Positions 58,196-64,000 of a stretch of 64,000 nt of DNA are shown one piece after another; position 1 is the first letter of the stretch, and the number at the start of each line of letters is the position of its first letter. The stretch comes from Nitrososphaeria archaeon (GTDB lineage: Archaea; Thermoproteota; Nitrososphaeria; JACIWG01). The position numbers and the translations under genes were made by a program. The stretch spans positions 32,001-96,000 of the forward strand of contig JBEKIG010000015.1 of NCBI GenBank assembly GCA_050011875.1, in the 5' to 3' direction. The notes beneath the pieces were generated by a model. It was given only the letters and a program-made list of their open reading frames with translations, was not told where the DNA came from and searched no databases.

Positions 58196-58733
58196 ATTTG
58201 TCCCTAGTTTCTTATTTTTCCTCGCTTTAGACAACATTGTTGGCCTATGACTCACTTTAAATATTTTTCTGCAAAATTTTTTACATTAGTTATTCTGTTA
58301 CGTGGTATTGAAATAGTTAAGCTCTATTAATTAAAGTTGTGAAGGCAATAGATTTATTAACAATAATATAGCTGCTGTTATGCTTTTATCGAATGAGTCG
58401 CTGAATATTTATTCGATTCCTATCCGAGACTTAAGTGCGAGCAATTTATCTGCACCGAGGACTTCCTTTGCTAGTTTACTTATAGCTCGGAAAGCTTCTG
58501 GAGGTTTAGCGTTTTTTATATCGTTAGTAACTTGATCTGATCATTCAAATTCATGGCGGGAAACTTGTTGAGGTACAACTATATTGTTGAAATAGTTATT
58601 TATATAAATACTCGTACGGGGAATAAAGGAATAGTATTTTAGACTCAATCGTGTTTAATTTGGTAAAGTAAATGATTAAAAATAGTAAAATCTATTAAGT
58701 ATTTTAGACCGCCTATAAGTTATAAAGCGCTAT

Positions 58734-58808
58734 GGGCCGGTAGTACAGGTTGGTAGTTATGCTCCCTTGGCATGGGAGAGGTCGTGGGTTCGAGTCCCAC
58801 CCGGTCCA
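58734..58808 (+). tRNA. tRNA-Ala(GGC)
   Basis: G3:U70, CTCCC-TT GGC AT-GGGAG. Confidence 0.94.
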
Positions 58809-59573
58809 CTTCCGTTTAGTTTTATATTAGATTGACAAGTGAGAAACTAATATTATTCAGGTATACTCTTATCAAATATTCGATAACAACAGCGCGGAAT
58901 ACCTTACATTGGGATAAAGTAATTGCTTTAGGGTTCATAGTTAAAACGGCTTGGTAACTAATTGAACTATATCTATCCCGATTCTACGACATCTATAAAT
59001 GTTCAAAAAGTACATTTAACGACTTTTATGATTAAAGAAACTTTATTGAATCATTATTATTGCTATGCCTAATGTCTGTATTAACCCTTGGAGGAATACT
59101 TAATGTCATTAATAATCTATTATTATTTTGCTTATTTACCAAATTATTTGAAATAAAATCATAATACTCAGAAAATTAATTTGGCTCGAATTTATAAGTT
59201 GAGAAATGAAAAAATTTGCCGAGTAACGGATAATTACAGCGATATTAGGGTAAGTTGATTATCTTAACAATGGGAATGAGATAAATTTCGCTAGACGGCT
59301 TCAATTTACATAGTAAAAAAATGTTTCTCAGAAAAAGATTTGAACACATTCAGTAAAATCGTACGTTCATGTATTTAGATTCGAACAGAACCAAATAGAT
59401 TGGACAATGCTATCATCCGATAAACGATGGAGATTTCTATTAAATGGCCTTTTATCAATTTTTTAAATTAGCATTAATCGAGGAACACTTATCTAAACTG
59501 ATTCACATCTTGCTTCATAAAAAGATAAATTTTACCGTTAGTTTAAGTCCAAGCGGAGTAAAATGACCTGAAT

Positions 59574-60758
59574 ATGTCAGCAATAGAAATTTTAGAGAAC
59601 ATCTTCTGGGTTGGTGTTGTAGACTGGAACGCCAGAAACTTCCATGGTTTTACTTATTCAACCCATAGGGGAACTACCTACAACGCCTACTTAATAGTCG
59701 ATGAAAAGGTTACATTGGTCGATAGCGTCTATGGACCATTCTCAGAGGAAATGATAGAAAGGATAAAGGATGTTATTGAACCTTCCAAGATAGATTACAT
59801 CATAGCAAACCATGTTGAGACAGACCACTCCGGAGCCATAGGCGAGGTGCTAAAATTAGCTCCAAATGCCAAGGTTATAGGAACAGCGAAATGTAAGACT
59901 GGTCTGGAAAAACATTATTTTGGTAACTGGAACTTTCAAGTTGTAAAGACGGGCGATCAGTTAAACCTTGGAAAACGGACACTAACGTTTCTTGAAGCCC
60001 CGATGCTTCACTGGCCTGATAGTATGTTCACCTACGTGGAGAAGGACGAGTTATTGCTTCCGAATGATGCCTTTGGCCAACATCTTGCGACTTCAAAACG
60101 TTTTGATGATGAAGTTGACGAAAGAATACTGATGGAAGAAGCTGCCAAATATTATGCTAACATACTATGGCCCCTTAGCCAACTGGTAAAGAGGAAGATC
60201 GAAGAAGTACAAAGGATAGGGTTGAAGATTAAGATGATAGCCCCGAGTCATGGCATTATCTGGCGTAGCAACCCAATGAAGATAATTGAAGCATATCTTA
60301 GATGGGCGAACGGAGAATCGAACAAGAAGGTAATTGTTGTATATGATACGATGTGGGGTAGCACGGAGAAGATGGCTAAAGCCATAGTAGAAGGTTTAGA
60401 GCATGAAGGCGTGGTAACCTCTCTATTCAGGCTTCCGTATTCTGACAGAAGCGACATCTTCATGGAGCTTCTTGAATCAAAGGGAATAATTATCGGTTCA
60501 TCGACGATCAATAACGGTATATTACCAACGTTGGCCCCATTCCTTGAAGAATTGGAAGGGTTTAAGCCCCTCAAGAAGGTCGCAGCAACCTTTGGCTCCT
60601 ATGGATGGGGAGGACAGGCGACTAAGATAATAGAAGAAAGACTCGGAAAGGCAGGAATAGAAGTTGTTGCTCCACCACTAAAAGTTAATTGGGCGCCTAA
60701 CAAAGAAGAGATTAAAAGGTGCTTTGAATTAGGTCAAGAGTTCTCTAAAAAACTCTAA
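59574..60758 (+). CDS. fprA: Flavodiiron protein (FprA, O2/NO reductase)
   Basis: GTTYNAY, NHVETDHSG, HWPDS, DAFGQH, PSHG, YDTMWGST, FGSYGW. Confidence 0.95.
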   Translation: MSAIEILENIFWVGVVDWNARNFHGFTYSTHRGTTYNAYLIVDEKVTLVDSVYGPFSEEMIERIKDVIEPSKIDYIIANHVETDHSGAIGEVLKLAPNAKVIGTAKCKTGLEKHYFGNWNFQVVKTGDQLNLGKRTLTFLEAPMLHWPDSMFTYVEKDELLLPNDAFGQHLATSKRFDDEVDERILMEEAAKYYANILWPLSQLVKRKIEEVQRIGLKIKMIAPSHGIIWRSNPMKIIEAYLRWANGESNKKVIVVYDTMWGSTEKMAKAIVEGLEHEGVVTSLFRLPYSDRSDIFMELLESKGIIIGSSTINNGILPTLAPFLEELEGFKPLKKVAATFGSYGWGGQATKIIEERLGKAGIEVVAPPLKVNWAPNKEEIKRCFELGQEFSKKL

Positions 60759-60879
60759 TCGTTGAAATCCTTCCCATATTCTCTTCTAAACGTTCAATGC
60801 GAAGTTGACTCAGCTGATGTAGACTCGTCTTAGGATAAAATCTAATTCGATACGTTACAACAGAAAGAAAGTCGTATTG

Positions 60880-61551
60880 TCAGCTTCTTTTTTCAAAGGA
60901 TGATTCCTTTAGTATGTAGATACAGGATGGCTTTTTAGTGAAGAGACCAACTTCAATTACTCCTGGTTGGGCTTTTATCCTATGTTCCAAATCGATGGCA
61001 TCAGATATTCCATTAAAGGAGACATCTATAATCATGTTACCACCTTCAGTGAACATGGGAAAGCCCCTCTGATCTTTCCTCAGTTCTGAACTTGCACCTA
61101 ATTCCTTCATATAATTTGTTACGAAAGATGAAGCGAAAGGCGACACTTCAACTGGAACTGGACATCCTGTTCCCAATCTCTCTGCTACCTTTTTTTCCTG
61201 AAGGATAAAAACTGTCTTCTCAGAGTTATTCATCAATATCTTCTCCTTTTGAAGTGCTCCACCGCCACCTTTTATTGCAAAATGACTCTTCTCTTCGATC
61301 TGATCCACACCATCGATGTATAATTCAATTTTTTTAATGTGAGGGAACATTTCGACTTCGAAATTCTTTTCCTTTAGTTTAAGAGCGATCTGGTAAGAAG
61401 TAGGGACAAATTTTTGTTCATTCTTTATCTTAAAGCTGGCTAGGGCGTCGACAAAATCGGACATAGTACGGCCACTTCCCATACCTATGTATCTAATCTT
61501 GTTTATCTGTTCAACCAGATCCCCGGCAATCTTTTTAATTGGGGAATCCAA
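60880..61551 (-). CDS. rpiA: Ribose-5-phosphate isomerase A
   Basis: GMGSGRT, IDGVDQ, KGGGGAL..EK, PVEV, PGVIEVGLF. Confidence 0.93.
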   Translation of the reverse strand: MDSPIKKIAGDLVEQINKIRYIGMGSGRTMSDFVDALASFKIKNEQKFVPTSYQIALKLKEKNFEVEMFPHIKKIELYIDGVDQIEEKSHFAIKGGGGALQKEKILMNNSEKTVFILQEKKVAERLGTGCPVPVEVSPFASSFVTNYMKELGASSELRKDQRGFPMFTEGGNMIIDVSFNGISDAIDLEHRIKAQPGVIEVGLFTKKPSCIYILKESSFEKRS

Positions 61552-61552
61552 G

Positions 61553-62203
61553 CTACTGTCCCTCTTCTAAATCTATTTGCTCTAGCTTATCAAGTGCCTC
61601 CATTATTTCTTCCCTGTACTGCTTGAGTTCTTTGTCAACTGATGATTCGAGTATTCGTTGTTGTCTCTTCTCAACCTTTGGGACCGTAGCTTCCTTCGCT
61701 TGCTGACCCTTACTTTGTGCAGTTAAAGGAGGGCTTCTGATTTTCTGAGCGTCCAAGCGAATCAATGCTTTTTCAAGTTTCTTATCAACATCGTCTAGCT
61801 TTCTTGTGATCAAAGTGACTAATTCATTTCTAAGATGCTCCAGCTCACCTACTTCGATTATAAGCTCAATATCGTCTAGTTTGCTGTCAACTTCTTGGAG
61901 TCGATCCTTGTATCTTTTAACAAGAATATCGCGTTCTTCCTTAGAAACCTGTCCTTGGGCTTCTAACTCAAAAACCCGGGTTATGGCATTGCCTAACAAG
62001 TCCTTCTCTAAAAGTAAAGTCTTCAATTCCTGTCTTGCATTCTTCGCTTCTTCGGGAGGAATGGTTGATGGCTTAACTTCAAGCTGCTTTGGAGGAGTAG
62101 CCTTAGTCAGAGGCTTAATCATATACTTTGAGACAAGAAAACCGAAGATGGCGCCTAATGAAAGGCCGAAGGCAACGCCAATCAGGATATCAATGAGGGA
62201 CAT
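61553..62203 (-). CDS. Membrane-anchored coiled-coil hypothetical protein
   Basis: N-terminal TM helix, long heptad-rich body, C-terminal ALDKLEQID. Confidence 0.75.
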   Translation of the reverse strand: MSLIDILIGVAFGLSLGAIFGFLVSKYMIKPLTKATPPKQLEVKPSTIPPEEAKNARQELKTLLLEKDLLGNAITRVFELEAQGQVSKEERDILVKRYKDRLQEVDSKLDDIELIIEVGELEHLRNELVTLITRKLDDVDKKLEKALIRLDAQKIRSPPLTAQSKGQQAKEATVPKVEKRQQRILESSVDKELKQYREEIMEALDKLEQIDLEEGQ

Positions 62204-62254
62204 CTTTTAATAATCCTTTCTCAGCCTATAATTAAACGTATTGGTACAGGAAAA

Positions 62255-62401
62255 CTACTTCCTAAGCTTCTTTGACGCACCAAAACCACAGAATGAACAT
62301 CTTTTCTTACTCACATGAAAAGAAGGTTTACCGCATCTTCGACATATCATATGAGTTCTTGGCCTCTTTCCCTTTGGCCCACTAGAAGTAGTACCTTTCA
62401 T
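62255..62401 (-). CDS. rpl37e: 50S ribosomal protein eL37 (not in ORF track)
   Basis: MKGTTS...[22 protein letters not shown]; follows LSm as usual in archaea. Confidence 0.93.
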   Translation of the reverse strand: MKGTTSSGPKGKRPRTHMICRRCGKPSFHVSKKRCSFCGFGASKKLRK

Positions 62402-62410
62402 TTATGTCAC

Positions 62411-62638
62411 CTATGGAGAAGGTGATATGAGTATAACGTTGTCACCGCGTACAACAATAGTACCAAGCGGGGAGGCTTTACCATCGTCTATGATTTCTTC
62501 TGACTGTTCAAGCAAAAAGTTCATATGCTGATCATAACCTTTCAAAACGCCTCGGATCGCACGTCCACCCTTTAGCTTAACGAGCACAATCTTACCTAAG
62601 CTTGTTTCCAACATCTTTACAGCTAAATCGAGTGACAA
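62411..62638 (-). CDS. Sm-like (LSm) RNA-binding protein
   Basis: [29 protein letters not shown]. Confidence 0.95.
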   Translation of the reverse strand: MSLDLAVKMLETSLGKIVLVKLKGGRAIRGVLKGYDQHMNFLLEQSEEIIDDGKASPLGTIVVRGDNVILISPSP

Positions 62639-62732
62639 ACGAGTCGCCTACTGATACCAACTCTAAAACACCTCTTTATTTACCTTACCTTTTTGACAAA
62701 GTTTAAGAAATAAGATGTAGGAGAAAAATGGT

Positions 62733-63224
62733 GTGCGCGAATTTTACCTTTCCAAGACGGATACAAAAAACGTGCTAGAAGAAATCAAAAAACAGCTGAA
62801 GGTAGATCTCCCAGATGTAAAGGAAAAAGGTAATAGGGTAATAGAAATAGAAAAAGACGTGCAGGTTTTATTACTTGACAAAATTGTACTAATAAAAGAA
62901 AAGGAAGAGATCTTCCCCTCGCTTGTTTGCGAAGAAGGTTTTCTTGGAAAACTTCCTTACATAAAAGTGGATAAAGGCGCAATACCTTATATATGTAAAG
63001 GTGCGAAAATCATGAGACCTGGAATAGTCGCCTTTGAAGGAGAATTTTCTAAGGGCGATGTCGTATGCGTAAAGGATGCGATTCATGGTAAGTTTATCTC
63101 TATAGCACGAGCACTTGTGGAAAAAAGTGAGGCTGAGAAGACAGTAAAGGGAGTAGTACTGGACAACCTGCACTATGTTGGAGACAAGTATTGGGACACC
63201 ATGAAGGATATAAAACTGTCCTGA
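62733..63224 (+). CDS. PUA domain RNA-binding protein (MCT-1/Tma20-like)
   Basis: VDKGA..YICKGAKIMRPGIV, LHYVGDKYW. Confidence 0.9.
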   Translation: MREFYLSKTDTKNVLEEIKKQLKVDLPDVKEKGNRVIEIEKDVQVLLLDKIVLIKEKEEIFPSLVCEEGFLGKLPYIKVDKGAIPYICKGAKIMRPGIVAFEGEFSKGDVVCVKDAIHGKFISIARALVEKSEAEKTVKGVVLDNLHYVGDKYWDTMKDIKLS

Positions 63225-63225
63225 G

Positions 63226-63753
63226 CTACCTTTGCAAATAGGAAAGCCTTTGAAGAACAATCCGAGCACATTCTTCAGGTGAATGCAGGTCGGTATCTAT
63301 CATAATACCGTTCATAGGATATTGAAATCTGATCCAGAAGCCGGTAACCGTTCTATCAGGCACATGTTCCTCGGATGAGCGACTCTTGTTCCTTTCTATC
63401 AAGGTAGCCAGATTCGCTTTTAATCCAACTATCAGATAACGCTTTCTGAAGTATCTTGCAATCTGAATAGCCCTTAGCCTATAACTATTATTAAGGAAAG
63501 TGCCATCCAATATAACGTTATAGTTTTGCGGCAAGAGCTTTCTTGTGATTCCGTATAGTAGAGAGTACACAAAGTGGCTTTCACTCCTGCTATACGATGG
63601 TTTAACGAACATCTTCCTTATCGAATCAGTTTGTACATGAATTGTTGGAGTGCTCCCCGCCAGGTCTTCTGAGACCATTCTCGCAACCGTAGTCTTACCA
63701 GCGCCTGATGGACCACAAAAAACTATCAGAACATTCTTAGAAACTTCTTCCAT
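63226..63753 (-). CDS. P-loop kinase (AAA_33 family)
   Basis: GPSGAGKTT, D.IR, VILDGTF, ERN..R lid. Confidence 0.85.
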   Translation of the reverse strand: MEEVSKNVLIVFCGPSGAGKTTVARMVSEDLAGSTPTIHVQTDSIRKMFVKPSYSRSESHFVYSLLYGITRKLLPQNYNVILDGTFLNNSYRLRAIQIARYFRKRYLIVGLKANLATLIERNKSRSSEEHVPDRTVTGFWIRFQYPMNGIMIDTDLHSPEECARIVLQRLSYLQR

Positions 63754-63884
63754 CGACTAGGACTTCACATACGCTAATAAGAGTTTTATCGCAATTTTTA
63801 TATTAAAATTTTTTATCAAAATGATTAACTTATGCTAACGTTTAAAAACAAGGATGTAAAGGTTCTACAATAGGGCGTTAGACC

Positions 63885-64000
63885 TTGGCAAGCGAGTTGA
63901 TCAATAATGAGAAGCGTCAAAGTGTACGGATGCTGCTAAAGGCATATGCGCTTAGGTCGGCGACCGAAGTTGAAAAAGTAAAGGAAGATATAGAAAACAA
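63885..64000 (+). CDS. N-terminus of a possible SepF/DUF552-like protein (runs off the right edge)
   Basis: TTG start; MASELINNEKRQSVRMLLKAYALRSATEVEKVKEDIEN resembles the KA..LR...V..IK.D pattern. Confidence 0.45.
   Translation, partial: MASELINNEKRQSVRMLLKAYALRSATEVEKVKEDIEN

Noticed and set aside
58200-59570. AT-rich stretches around tRNA-Ala(GGC) as an origin or novel RNA
   Set aside because: Only short broken reading frames; no ORB boxes, repeats or stable structure seen.
464-63269. Numerous short antisense or overlapping ORFs in the track (e.g. 464-733, 4044-4478, 41101-41640, 49370-49654)
   Set aside because: Shadow ORFs opposite well-supported genes or RNA genes, with no motifs.

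Overview
Archaeal chromosomal segment with low GC (my estimate from reading, roughly 38-40%). Gene content and the 5S rRNA loop sequence suggest a TACK-group lineage related to Nitrososphaeria/Bathyarchaeia (inference). Core blocks: hom, pyrB/pyrI, aIF6-pfdA-ftsY-argF-dtdA-secE-spt5-rpl11-rpl1-rpl10 with an inverted rpl12, alaS-leuS; ncsA-pelota-dnaG-pheT/S-trpS-coaD-map; rpiA-rpl37e-LSm-PUA. These alternate with accessory, pseudogene-rich stretches (about 15.4-37 kb and 50-60 kb) punctuated by 10 tRNA genes. RNA genes absent from the ORF track include SRP RNA, a stand-alone 5S rRNA, tRNA-Ala(TGC) with a non-canonical 33/34 intron and tRNA-Trp with a C/D-like intron. The most interesting signals are: (i) a two-unit H/ACA-type guide RNA at 42.18-42.35 kb whose pockets match conserved 23S rRNA segments, with one unit nested inside an extra 12-bp stem; (ii) a box C/D sRNA with unassigned guides next to pyrB; (iii) a K-turn leader RNA upstream of tRNA-Ala(CGC); (iv) a hydrolase-PRTase-nicotinamidase-class II RNR cluster paralleling the mycobacterial nrdZ locus; (v) a decayed tRNA-anchored integrated element with integrase remnants, a nested 177-bp inverted repeat and an array of 17-bp palindromes; (vi) a ulaG-like gene with TGA at a conserved Trp. 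All calls come from manual reading; no searches were run.
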